DNA of 61,285 bases, filler included, from Rhabdomonas costata (lineage: Eukaryota), in the NCBI GenBank assembly GCA_019059605.1. It is 21 parts of 21 records of this genome, joined end to end, with 100 filler letters (N's around TTAATTAATTAA, not from the genome) between each part and the next. Parts side by side here need not be neighbours in the genome. Positions count along the whole stretch, not along the records: positions 46,780 to 49,598 come from JAHMHO010001988.1; positions 49,699 to 52,518 come from JAHMHO010001989.1; positions 52,619 to 55,439 come from JAHMHO010001990.1; positions 55,540 to 58,358 come from JAHMHO010001991.1; positions 58,459 to 61,285 come from JAHMHO010001992.1; 16 more parts are not named here. The stretch is one strand, 5' to 3'. Within the stretch, counting starts at the first letter, position 1, and the number at the start of each line of letters is the position of its first letter. The translations under genes were made by a program, and so were the position numbers. Positions 49,467-61,043 of this stretch are shown here, one piece after another. The notes below the pieces were generated by a model. The model did no database searches, had not been told where the DNA came from, and saw only the letters and a list, made by a program, of their open reading frames with translations.

Positions 49467-49589
49467 TCGTTTTTTCGGTTATCGTTGATATACGTATTGT
49501 AAGTGCTGGTTGCGGTACCTTTGGGTGGTGGGCAGAGGAACCGCAACCAGCACTTACAATACGTATATCAACGATAACCGAAAAAACGA
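49467..49589. repeat. Perfect inverted repeat, 50-bp arms, at contig end
   Basis: 49467-49516 is the exact reverse complement of 49540-49589. Confidence 0.95.
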
Positions 49590-49829
49590 CACCAAAAANN
49601 NNNNNNNNNNNNNNNNNNNNNNNNNNNNNNNNNNNNNNNNNNTTAATTAATTAANNNNNNNNNNNNNNNNNNNNNNNNNNNNNNNNNNNNNNNNNNNNGT
49701 GGTGGTGGGGGAATGTTGCAGTTCGCGTGAGGTCTTTGGCCAATCGTTTTGATACAGGGCAATTCGACTTCTTTCGCGGGGAAGAAAGAACCGTCAAGAC
49801 ACACACATGTGCGCAACACACGTGCAGAC

Positions 49830-52497
49830 CCATCAAGTAGGCTGTGGAAAAGTGCATTCCGCGCAGCACCAGGTCGCTGAGCATCGCGATGGGGATGGTC
49901 AGGCTAAGCCCCACCGTCGCCACCAGCGGCGAGGTCAGCAGCACACTCTTAGCCCACAGCACCTGGCTCAGGTTCGTCCCTATTTCGCACAGTCAAAGCA
50001 CAACACTTCATCTCATTTTCCCGTTTATCCTTCAAACGGTAGTCCACAAAAGAGCTTCCAAAAAATGAGTTCAACAGCACAGCACATGGAAAAAAAGAGG
50101 CACGCACAGAACAACGCGTGCCGTCAATGAGAGCCCCGCAAAGAAAGTGAGAGTGGGGAAAGGTAAGACACTCAAATGCAATTGAGGGGATGGATGTTGG
50201 TGGAAGGTGGGAGCTCGGTCGCTACCGATTAGGGAGTTGAGCAAGAGGATTCCCAAAATCCTCAGAGATGGCAGCGCAAAGGGCTCCCAGTGGAGGAGGT
50301 GAAAGACCAAAAACAGCGGCCACAGCAGCACCGCGCAGCTCAGACCCAAGAACCTGAAAAAAAAAGGGGGGGGGGCAAGATGTGACTCGCGTTCAGAATG
50401 TTCCAGCCCGTCAGGACTGTCACTCAAGGCACATCGGCATGCCCGCACAGAGTGCCCATCAGTAGCGGTGGCACACAGCAAACACATGCATACTGGAGTG
50501 CACACTGGACACAAAATGAACACGACGGGAGGAGGAAAAGGAAAAACATCGGTGCGAAGAGAAAGAGATGAGGAGGGAACTGCTCCTTCGGCGGGTGCAA
50601 CTGGCCCACGCTCTCTCAAGAAAATACGCCACACGGCGCATCCAAAGTACCTCCGCAAAGGATCAAAAACAAGCGGCACTGCGAAAACTTATCCGCCCCC
50701 GGCGGCATTGGATGAACAAAACCCTTGCATTAGTATTTAAATACTGAAATTACTGACAGAAAAAAGAACCGGGGAAACCAGAAGAAAAATTGTGGTGCTC
50801 GACAAAGTGCGATGCATCTGTCTGTGCAATTGTGCAATTGGCACCCCAAGCCGGGAATCGTTGAAAGACTTGGTACCAACCACTCGACTGACATATTGCC
50901 CATACCATCTCTCAAGTTGGATGAGGTGTAAAAGAACACAACCGTTCGGGCTTACCAAAGAGTTCAGTAGTGTTCTTTGAAGTAAGCCAAGCAACCTTTA
51001 AATTTTAAACCATGCCAGCATGGTCGCTGCTGTTGTATATTCAAATGCCATGAATCACTTAAGTCTATCGGTGAAGCGCAAATGTCTTCCAGTGCGGTAG
51101 ATTTTTGTTTTTTCTTTTGAAATGGCAAGGGTCACGTCAACGTGTGCAGCTTCAGCAGAGAAGCATAAAACCACACAGCAAAGAGATCGCAACGCTACCT
51201 TATTTCAAAACCTTGTTTCTTCCCTTCTATTCCTGCGTGTTCACGAAGGAAACGGTTTTTGCCCTAAAAGCAAGCACAAACCCGAAGAACATGGACATTG
51301 GGAAGTGCTGCTGGGCCCGAATGGCCCATGGCAGCAGCGACACATAACACGAGTACAGCATCGCCGACAGCAGCGCCAGCGCGTCCCCCTTTAGAGGGCT
51401 TCCCACTCCCACAGGCACAGACCCACCCGGGGCCATCTCGGCCTCTGGAGGGGTGGCGAATGACGGGGAAGCGGCCGAATCAGAGAGGGCCACCACGAGT
51501 ACCCCGGTGAAGGTTAGCAGGACTGGGGAGAGCTGCCCGCACCGGAAGGGGGTGCGCAGGCACAGCACTCCGAAGCCAAACGTGAAGAGGGAGCTGGTGT
51601 TGCACAGGATGGTGTTGCTGGCGACGGAGGTGCAGGTCAGGCTGGCGTTGAAGGCCAGATTGGCACAGAACCACAGTGGGGCAAACAGCACCCCAAGCTG
51701 GTGGATGGTGGAAAGAAAAGCCACAGAGATATGAGAAGCGAACACCAACAGATGCATAGATTTTCCGCTCATTAAGGAATGGGGGAAACGAGAAGGACAA
51801 CTCGCTAAACGTTTGCAGCTGTACCGGAGTGCCCAGGAAAGAAGCAAAAGCAGCAGCAGCAGCAGCAGAAGAAGAAGAAGAAGAAGAAGAAGAAGAAAAC
51901 GAGCAAGCGAGTGAGAAAGAGTGTGTGTGTGTGTGAGGGTGAAAGGGGTGAACTCTGGGTTGAGCAGCTGGTTGATCTGATGTCTTGGAGAGAGAGAGAG
52001 AGAGAGCTGGTGAGGCAGCGAAGAAGAAAGTGAAAAATGCTTGGAGACAAAAAAGTTCGATTGTCCCAAAAGGAGAAAGCTAAACAAAAAAATTGGGAGA
52101 AGGAAACGTGCACGTGCCTTTGCAACTTCTGCCACCGAGTAAACTGGCGCGTCGGGTTCCGCTGCTCCGGGCCGCTGCTGCGGGCCGGGACTGATGTGAT
52201 CACCTGCCGAGCTCTGGGCTTCCGCTGAGAAAAAAAGAGAGAGAGAATGAGACAGAGGAAGGGGAGAAAGGCAGAACAAAACAAAACCTCTTAAACCTCT
52301 TGATCTGGACCTAAAGACTCAGCACCTTGAGAAGCAACACTGCGAGGAGAACAGAAGAGTCCTGCATTCGAGAGTGGATCCGGTATGCAGCTGGTAAGAG
52401 ATAAAAGTCGGTGCTTCACCTGTATCCTCGGCAGGACGGGGCTTGGAGGGGCCCGGGTCGGGGCTGGATGGCCACAAGGGCATGGCCCGCCACCGCC
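49830..52497 (-). CDS. SLC35F5: SLC35F5/Thi74-like DMT (EamA) transporter; exons 52497-52420, 52224-52118, 51697-51282, 50353-50226, 49979-49830
   Basis: EVAK/LGVLFAPLWFCANLAFNASLTCTSVASNTILCNTSSLFT, GDALALLSAMLYSCY, EPFALP and LLTSPLVATVGLSLTIPIAMLSD are SLC35F5-family motifs. Confidence 0.88.
51851..52005. repeat. Compound intronic microsatellite (CAG)6(AAG)9 followed by (GT)n and (GA)n
   Basis: Read directly. Similar (GT/CA)n and (GA)n tracts occur near 15229, 20186, 27528, 34858, 35454, 35701, 58742 and 59293. Confidence 0.95.
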
Positions 52498-55400
52498 CTA
52501 CCACAGCAAACCCAACACNNNNNNNNNNNNNNNNNNNNNNNNNNNNNNNNNNNNNNNNNNNNTTAATTAATTAANNNNNNNNNNNNNNNNNNNNNNNNNN
52601 NNNNNNNNNNNNNNNNNNTGTTCGTCCAATGCATACATCGCATAGAACATGACCTTCACAGCACTACAGTAGTCCCACTTCTGGTACAACTCCTCGCGTA
52701 ATCCGGGTCCTGAGTTATCCTTCTTACTTTACCCCTTATCCACAGTGCTCCAACCACATCTCCGAACTCCGCTATCTGACATAAAACCAAGACAAATGCG
52801 AGAGAAGCAAATCAGGCGTGACGGTCGGGTATTTTGAATTGAGCGGGGTTCCGGAGCAAAAGTGGTTAAGTCCCCTCCGAATAAGTTTGAGAAGCGGCTG
52901 AGCGGGTGTTCCGGAGTGGCTTGTTGCAACCTCGGGTCCTAGACCAATATTCCATCGGCTTTGGAGGCGTGGAGCGAGACCAGCGCTGGGAAAGAAATTG
53001 GCTACAACGCAACACCTGCCATCGACAGGACTTTGAAACGAAAAACGTTGTCTGAACCGGGTTAGTTGAAGCTAAGGCAACCCAAAATGTGACTTCATTC
53101 ATTGAAAGCACAATACCTGTTAGCAATTTGGTTTTCAGTTCTTGTAGCTCGCGTCGCAGTCGCCATCTTTCTCGTCGTGAAAATGACGTTCAAAGCATCT
53201 TCACAAAGTTAACAAACACGTGCGCAACGGAAAATATCTTGTGAAGGAAGTGGGTGGTGCCTGTGCGACCGAGTTGACCCCGTGGAAGCCTTCCTGTAGG
53301 CGGGTGCATTTAGGCGATTTTGACATGACTGATGGTTCTACATCCAGAAACTGAGCGCGTTTCCTGTCCTAACTTCTTCCCATCTACACTCCATTGCTGC
53401 GTTCGTTTGCTTACTGCTCTCTTTTATGAACCAACTCTTCGAAATTGGATGCGCCAGCACTCCATTCCATTTCAGCCACCTGTTTTGTTAGTAGCCCCCA
53501 CCACCAATTCCTTGCCTGCAGCCTGGTCTGGCCCAAATTTTGACCCCTTATTAGTATTCTACCACTTGACATGCAAGAAGAAGCTGAGTGAAGAGCAGTT
53601 TAAAGTTCAAAATTCAGTTCATTGTTCTATGCAGCCCCAAGCACTTGCAGAAAAAGAAACAGGACAGAGAACGCTGGAAAGCACCAAATGGTGCCGATGG
53701 AAACCTCCAGTCATGGCTGAACACACACTTCCTAAAAGCGGGACACTGTACCACTGCTTCAGTGGTGCAATAATGTGTCCGGAAATGGGTCCTTACTGTT
53801 GACACAAAGTTGCACCAGGGGGCAGTTCCAAGGGGGGTAGCGGTGTCGCAGGTGACTTGTGTGGCTGAGCCTCGGGTGTCTGTTGGTGAGGTGTGGGAGC
53901 GAACCCATGTCTGAGTTGTCAAAGCTACTTAAGTGGTGAAAAGTTGGAGTGGAGGGACAAATCAGTTCAAGCCCGAGAAAACAGCAGCAAGAACATCCAC
54001 ATGAACAGCACAGGGAAAACAAAAAACACAGCTCCACNNNNNNNNNNNNNNNNNNNNNNNNNNNNNNNNNNNNNNNNNNNNNNNNNNNNNNNNNNNNNNN
54101 NNNNNNNNNNNNNNNNNNNNNNNNNNNNNNNNNNNNNNNNNNNNNNNNNNNNNNNNNNNNNNNNNNNNNNNNNNNNNNNNNNNNGATTCAGGTTGCGATG
54201 TGGGGTGGTGAGTTATAGCACCCTCCGCTGGTGCTAGTTTCTGGCGTCTGTGATGCTTCTGGTTCAGATGCTGTCATTTTAGGTGTTTTTGTGGTGCTCC
54301 CGTGATTAAGCCCTCGAGTGTGGAGTGGTGCTGGAAAGGTAGATCTGTGTGCTTTGCCGAAGGTATCTTGGAACGCTCTGGGAAAAAATGTGATCTGTAA
54401 AATTAATTGTTCTTTTAAATTTACCCAATTGATAGGAGTGGAATTTACCACGGACTTTCCACATACTCCAGTGTCCTTTTGTCGTTCCGGTTTTCCATAC
54501 TCGATCTTCTATTCCTTGTTTGTAGGAGGCCTTGTTCTTGATGGACTTCTTCGTCTCGGTTGCCTACCTTATTTCTCCTCCTGATACTGCTGAAAACAAA
54601 CTAGAAAAAACTCTCCTCTCAAGCCTCGATGTAATGCTCCTCTGCTCCCAACATCTCTTGCTCTCATCCGCTGCATTCAGCCTCTTTGTCTAAAATGCAC
54701 TTGTACACACCACTTCCATCTCTGCACTCTTCCTTGCTTGCATCCTCTGCTTCCATTCCATTATCTCACTGCCTCTCGTTTCTCCTCTGGAATGCACCAC
54801 ACATCCATACTCTTATCTAGACACACCTACATGACTTTTCTCTCTTTTGTGCGCACCGCGGAAAGCCGCCAGGAAGCGGGTGAAATATCGGAAGGCCAGT
54901 GGAGGCAGAAAATTCTCCATCAAAGCACTGTCTTGTGCTAATTTTCGTGTGGTGATGGCGTCACCGGATGAAACACATTGCATATAAAAATTATTCACCA
55001 AGATTTCGGGGGTGTTTTTTTCGTCCCAGTGTGACATCTCATCAATTTTGTGAATTTAAAGAAGGGTCCTCTCAGTGCACTTGTGAAGATTTTGCATGAA
55101 GTAAAAGTGGGTGACGACCAGCTGATACCTCAAGAACCTGAGCTTTTGTTGACTCAATCGTCGCACGCCATTTTATTGATCACATTATGATTACTGTGGT
55201 TTAATTAATTAGTGCTCTTTTATTTTAATGCATTGTAATGGCCTCGTGCTCTGGACGTTTTCCATTTGGATACACTTTTTTCAAACAAAAACACGATCAG
55301 ACATGGCATCAGCTTTTTCTTTCTCGCGAAACATCAGTGACTACTGCCGTGTATTTTTTCCAACACACAATGTGCATTTCAATTATTTGCTCTTTTCCTT

Positions 55401-55541
55401 ACATAGTAAACATCCATGTGCTTCGTCTCCCCACCACCCNNNNNNNNNNNNNNNNNNNNNNNNNNNNNNNNNNNNNNNNNNNNTTAATTAATTAANNNNN
55501 NNNNNNNNNNNNNNNNNNNNNNNNNNNNNNNNNNNNNNNTG

Positions 55542-58348
55542 CTGCCCAGCTCGGCCTACCTGGCCCCTGGGGAGACAGAGGTAGGGCATCGGTGTGGGGG
55601 ATTCCGGCGGTGGCTCTCGGTGTGTGGGCCCGGGTTGGTGGTGATGCTTGCGGACACCGACGCGGGGTGCCTGGTGACGGCGGCGCAGACGGGCTCGACG
55701 TGGGGGTACTCTCTGCTGTGGCTGCAGCTTCTGCTGATCGGCGCACTGTTCATGGCCCAAGAGCTCACGGCGAGGTTATCGATTCGAGGGCACCTTTGGT
55801 GTTCAGGGCTGTTTTGCGTGTTTCGAGTGTTGGCTTTGGCGAAGTGCCGATGTTAGATTGTTTCTTATACTGTGTAGTGTATTCTATACTCCCTATGGCG
55901 TATTAATTGCATCTTGGCAGGAGACGGGAGACGACAGCCAAGCTGTGAAGGAGGGAATGGTTTCAACAGGAGTCCCGGAGCGGAAGCCCCATTCTTTCAA
56001 CGTCTTTTCTTCCTATTTTATCGTTTGAATGTTTGCTTCGTTTGCAGCTGCGTTTTGACTGTTGTGGTGTACCTTTTTGTTCCTAAGTTCATCCTTCCGC
56101 TTCTCCGATGCCGGTTTGCATCCTTTCATAAACTTCTGCCGCAGATGATCAGGTTCTCCTGCTGTTTCCTTGCAGGCTGGGGATCTACACGGGGATGGGC
56201 CACGGGGAGCTGATCAACAAGCACTTCGGACGGTTCTGGGCGTGGGTCTCTGTGGTCACCCTTGTGGTGGCGTGTACGGGGGCCCTGGTGAGCGAGATGA
56301 GCGGGGTGGTGGGCGTCGGGAACCTGTTTGGGGTCCCTCCTGCGGCCAGCGCGTGCACCGCGGCGGCCGTGCTGATGATCGTTGTGGTGAGCGGGAAGTA
56401 CCGCCACGTGGAGCGGGTGGCGCTGGTCATGGGGTGCTGCGAGTTCACTTACCTGGTGACGATGTTCATGACGTTCTCCCCGGAGGGCTTCAAGAAGTCC
56501 GTGTGGCGCCTGCAGTTTAACGACGGGGACTACAACTTCCTGGTGGGCGCGAACATTGGGGCGGTGATCATGCCCTGGATGATTTTTTACCAGGTGTCCC
56601 CAGACTTCGTCGCCTTCACACGCTTGAGCTTTGCCTGTTCTTTGTGTTCGTCGCCGTCCCGCATACTTGCGTTATGACAAAGGAGGAGAGGTCCCGTTCC
56701 GTTTTGTGGGCGATGGAGCGGCAGTTTTATCTGTCAGGTCACTGGAGTGTGTAAGAGAGCCAGTGACGACTTTTTTCCCAGTGTCAAGTGTCGAGATGAG
56801 ACGCTTTGCTGCCGGGTTGGCGAAACGAGAGGAGGAGAGGGTGAAACCTCTCGTTTGCACGCTCTTTTGGGTAGATGCCAGTGGTATTGAACATGCAGTT
56901 CTCGTTGCCATATCCTGGCTTGCAGCAATCTGCGATTGTCGACAAGGGCCTGCAGAAGGAGGACATGAAGTTCGTGCGAGTAGACACGTTCATCGGCTCG
57001 ATCATGACTCAGGTGTATCTCCAGCCGATTTGGGAGTGCACCATCTTGCTTTGACATTTTTTATCTCTTATTTTTTGACCCCCCCCCCGCTTTCCACCTA
57101 CCTCCATGCGGATCCTGCGGGGCATCTTCTCCTCCTCGGGTTGTGTACTGGAGATGTCCTGCCTCCTGGTTTTCTCTGCAGACGATTTTTTTTCTGTGCA
57201 TGCTTGGGAAACTTTGGCTTGCCTGGATGCTGGCCTGGTTTCAAATCTCTACCTTTTGTTTTCCATGAGCATGTCTTCCGCTTACTCAGCTGATCATGGC
57301 CGCCGTGATCTGCACGTGCGCGGGCACCATTTGGGTCGAGGCGGGGATGCAGATGCCCAACCCTGATGCGCCATCGGAGATCGGGGACTTCAGGTTTTTT
57401 CCGTTTGTCCTCGAGGAGTGCAGGTAGAGGGGTGGGAAACGCCATTCGCGGAACCGTTCTGTTTGCGTCCCATACCGGCTTACCTGCATGACCAGAAATG
57501 TCTTGTTGTCCCTTCCGTGAGAGAAGTTTGTTCTGGTCACCGTGCCTGAGCATGACACATGCCCTAGAACGAAGATGGCAATGACCAAACGAACAGTTCC
57601 AAGGGCGGTGTTTCACCACCACGCATACTCCAACGGGTGTGCGGGATGGATGGCCTCTCGGCGAAAGCCCTTTAGGGGGACGGACAAGAAACAACTCCAA
57701 CAACAGCGCCGCGATTGAGGCCAAGCTGGGCACCGCCCTGGGGAAGAGCCTGTTCAGCATCGGCATGCTGGGCGGGGCGATGATTGGTGCGATAGTGGTG
57801 GCGCTGACGGCGGCGTGGGGCCTGGGCGAGGTCACGGGGTACGCCCACAGCCTGGAGAGCAGCCCTCGGCGGGCGCCGTGGTTCTACGTCACCTTTGGGC
57901 TGTGCGTGTTCGTGGGGGTGGGGATCTGCCTCTCGCCGACGAACCTGGTGCTGCTGAACATTGTGATCCAGGTCAATGCAGTGGAGTGAGCTTAGTTGAG
58001 TTGAATTGAGGTGAGGTGAGGTGAGGTGTGAAGAGGATGGATTGTCCTGCCGGTAGATTCCACAGGAAACGCTTCCCTGGACAAACACACAGCGCGGTAC
58101 CTGTGTTGAGCTGCTTTGTTTTCGTTGCAGTGGATTAAGTGTGTGAGTGTGGTCGATGTGTGCGCGCACGCTGGACACGTGTTTTGCGCCTGTTCTCTTA
58201 CGTCCGCAGGTGATGAACGCCTTCCTGCTTCCCGTGGTGCTGGGCCTGCTGTTCCTGCTGGCCTCGCATCCCCGGGTGCTCCCGGAGGAGGTCCGCCTGC
58301 GTGGCTGGTACAAGTGGGTCTCGCTGGGGGTGTTCGCGACCCACTTGT
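55542..58348 (+). CDS. NRAMP/SLC11-superfamily divalent metal transporter of the prokaryotic outgroup (NRMT-like); exons 55542-55774, 56176-56593, 56926-57012, 57290-57393, 57707-57971, 58210-~58348
   Basis: GPGLVVMLADTDAGCLVTAAQTGSTWGYSLLWLQLLL...QELTAR/LGIYTGMGHGELI..HFG; GANIGAVIMPWMIFYQ/QSAIVDK; DTFIGSIMTQ/LIMAAV; AAWGLGEVTG; Q/VMNAFLLPVVL. Five GT-AG introns join in phase. Confidence 0.9.
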
Positions 58349-59733
58349 ACCAACCACANNNNNNNNNNNNNNNNNNNNNNNNNNNNNNNNNNNNNNNNNN
58401 NNTTAATTAATTAANNNNNNNNNNNNNNNNNNNNNNNNNNNNNNNNNNNNNNNNNNNNGGGTTGGGGAGGACACAGCAAAAAGGGCAAATCCAGCAGGGG
58501 TCAATGTGCAGCGTCCAGTGTTCACGACAAATATTTTGCGGCATAAAGACAACAGTACACGATTTTTTTTGGAATTGCGCACGTGCAGGTACAGCATGGG
58601 TAGAAATGGAGGTTGTCAGGGGCGTGTCCGAGGCACGCAGGAACAGGGACGGAAACGAACAATCGGGATGGCCGCGGAACTGCGGTGACGGTGAGTGTGG
58701 GGGGTGGCGCTTGTGTCTGGGACACTGAGAGATGCTGCGCAGTGTGTGTGTGTGTGTGTGTGTGTGCCCCACTCATGACAAAAAGGGTCGTAGCGACCAC
58801 TCATTTTCTCAAGAGTATGGATGGATGAGGTTGAAATTGACTGTTGTTGGGATGGGCAAGGAAAGGGAAATGAAAAGTAGCTCACCATTGTTTTTCAAAT
58901 TGGCAGGCACCAACGGCTCGCCCACAGTACAGGGGACGAACGGTTTGCAATGCAATGCGTTTCGCAAGAGCAAAGAAGCAACGGGAAGGGAAACAGAGAG
59001 ACACATAGAGAGTTTTGTGGGAACCCTACCCTGCGTGACAGGCAGCCCCTCAAAAAACGGTGAGGGGCACGGTCAGGCAGAAAAACAACAACACACAGAG
59101 CCGCGCCAGCGCCCTTTCCTATCCTGTTGTCGACAAGAGGGAAGCCAAGGCCTTAGCCCCCTCTGCATGCCGGACACCCCCCCACACAACCCCGCCCACA
59201 CAAACACAAATCTGCACCAGCACCAACACAATTTTCCTGCACTACCACATACACCCTAAAAATACAAACACGCACATACGGACACAGACACCGAGAGAGA
59301 GAGAGAGAGACAGAGAGAGATCAGTGAGACGTCACAAGCACACATCCGCGAAGGCGAAGGAACAGCGCAGGAGGCGACACCTAAGATAGCGGCTTGTCGC
59401 GCACGACATCTCAAAATCTCACAATGCCCAAGGGTAAAGCCCACCGCGACCACACCACATTGTTTTCGGAAGAAAAACGAGGGCAGAAGAATGCTTTCGC
59501 GCAGCTCAACGTGCGGCCAAAAACAGCAGGATCCCGGGAAAGGTGAGTCATATCCCCTCACAGCAGGCTCGCCTCCTTTTTCCAACTGTAACGGTCACCG
59601 TTTTTCAACGGCCGGGCCGTCCAGAATGCACGTGAAGCACAAAACGACCCCAGCATGCTCCGAAATTGTTTGGGCGGACATAAAGAGGAACACACTTCCC
59701 TCACACCACAGATAACTAGGAAAACAAAGCCCG

Positions 59734-61043
59734 TTAATATTCCTCAACTTTCATTTCCTCAGACTTATGCGTGGGGGTAAGCACGACCGAGGACAGGCTG
59801 GCGTTGTGAGACAAAAGCGAGGATGTCCCCATCCCAGCCGCACGAGCCCCGAACGTGAACGCCCCCACCGCAGCCTCCAGCCCAAGCTCCGCTCGCAGCT
59901 CCTTCGGGGGGTTCGCCGTGGTCCGCCTCACAAAGTACCCCGACACGTTCCCAAAGCCCTTCGCGTACACCGTCCGTGGGGCGTCGAAGCTGAACGGCGA
60001 GTTGGGGTCCACGGCCACCGCCTTGTAGGCCTCCTCCGAGCACTGGATCATCATGGGCTCGCTGCTGCTCTGAAGCGTATGAGAGAAGGCGAGGTAACGT
60101 GATATGAACGTGGGCTGGTTTTGCTCACAGACACCATCACTTCGAAGCGGGTGAAGAATGGTTTGGAGAGGTGCGGGACGAGTTGGTGCCTTCGCCGGGA
60201 GAGCGGGTGCGCATTACTGCAATTCCTGCAAGAAGACGTGGAGCACCGGAACAGAAAGGGTGACCCGAAACAATGCCACTCATGTCGACTGTAAAGCAGC
60301 GAATTCTGGAGGCAGCCAAGTATTGCCAACGAGCCTATCCAGTGGGTTCGACAAGGTTGAGCAAGGCTGTGAAGTTCCAGCCGCTTATCACCCTGAAATG
60401 CAACTATCATCAGTGTCAAATAGCGTTGTTCATTCCACCAAGCACAAAACCGGACCTCCATCCGCGACGCCAGGTTGACCGTCTTGCCCCACACGTCGAA
60501 CATCGGACGCTCCCCGGGAAGAACACCCATCGTCACCGGGCCCACGCTGATCCCGTACCGCATCGGGCACCGGAACTGAGACGCGATGGACCCGAAGGCG
60601 CTGGACTTCGAAGTGCTGCCCGTGGCCACGCTGGTGCGGTTCCTCTTCGCCGCTCGGGCATTGCGGGCCAGGATGGCGCTCTTCTGCGCCATTTCCTTCA
60701 CACAGGCCCCCGCGTCGGGATGCTCGTACACCCTGCGGAAGGCAATGGATAGGGTTTCCTGTGATGCTTCCCGAACCGAAATGGAATACACGGTGCTGTT
60801 GAGGCCACGAGAAGAGATGACGGTGGGGAGCCAGTTGTCAAGAAGGAAATACAATCCACAACAAATTTCATCATTGTGGCACACCCCGAAAAGATCTGCG
60901 CGCAGTCCGACGCGAACCGCAGCATCCGCAGGGTAGGGCTGCCATGCCGCTCCTCAGAGATCTCGTCGTCCATCAGGCAGGCGGGCCCACAGATCGCAAA
61001 GTAGGCGTCCCCAATGGTCTTCACCTTGTACACTCTGTAGTAA
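59734..61043 (-). CDS. Class III adenylate cyclase, 3' part; exons 61043-60885, 60732-60456, 60069-59734
   Basis: YKVKTIGDAYFAICG, MRYGISVGPVTMGVLPGERPMFDVWGKTVNLASRME/SSSEPMMIQCSEE...VYAKGFG. The Lys and Asp specificity residues indicate ATP, and the catalytic N...R is intact. Confidence 0.93.

Noticed and set aside
51227..52279. 350-aa ORF as a single-exon poly-Leu membrane protein
   Set aside because: It is two SLC35F5 exons plus a stop-free intron containing microsatellites.
55201..55211. TTAATTAATTA resembling the linker
   Set aside because: It has no flanking Ns and lies in AT-rich sequence, so it is a chance match.
52619..55439. Contig 19 ORFs as a gene or decayed transposable element
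   Set aside because: No recognisable motif or consistent exon chain was found, and the contig has an internal 147-N gap. Left unannotated.
2870..58414. TTAATTAATTAA recurring every ~2.92 kb, resembling a regularly spaced repeat array
   Set aside because: It always sits between exactly 44 N on each side. It is a synthetic all-frame-stop linker, not a CRISPR repeat or biological periodicity.
60051..60884. 277-aa ORF as a complete cyclase
   Set aside because: Only 60732-60456 is exonic in that frame. The flanks are GT-AG introns read through by chance.
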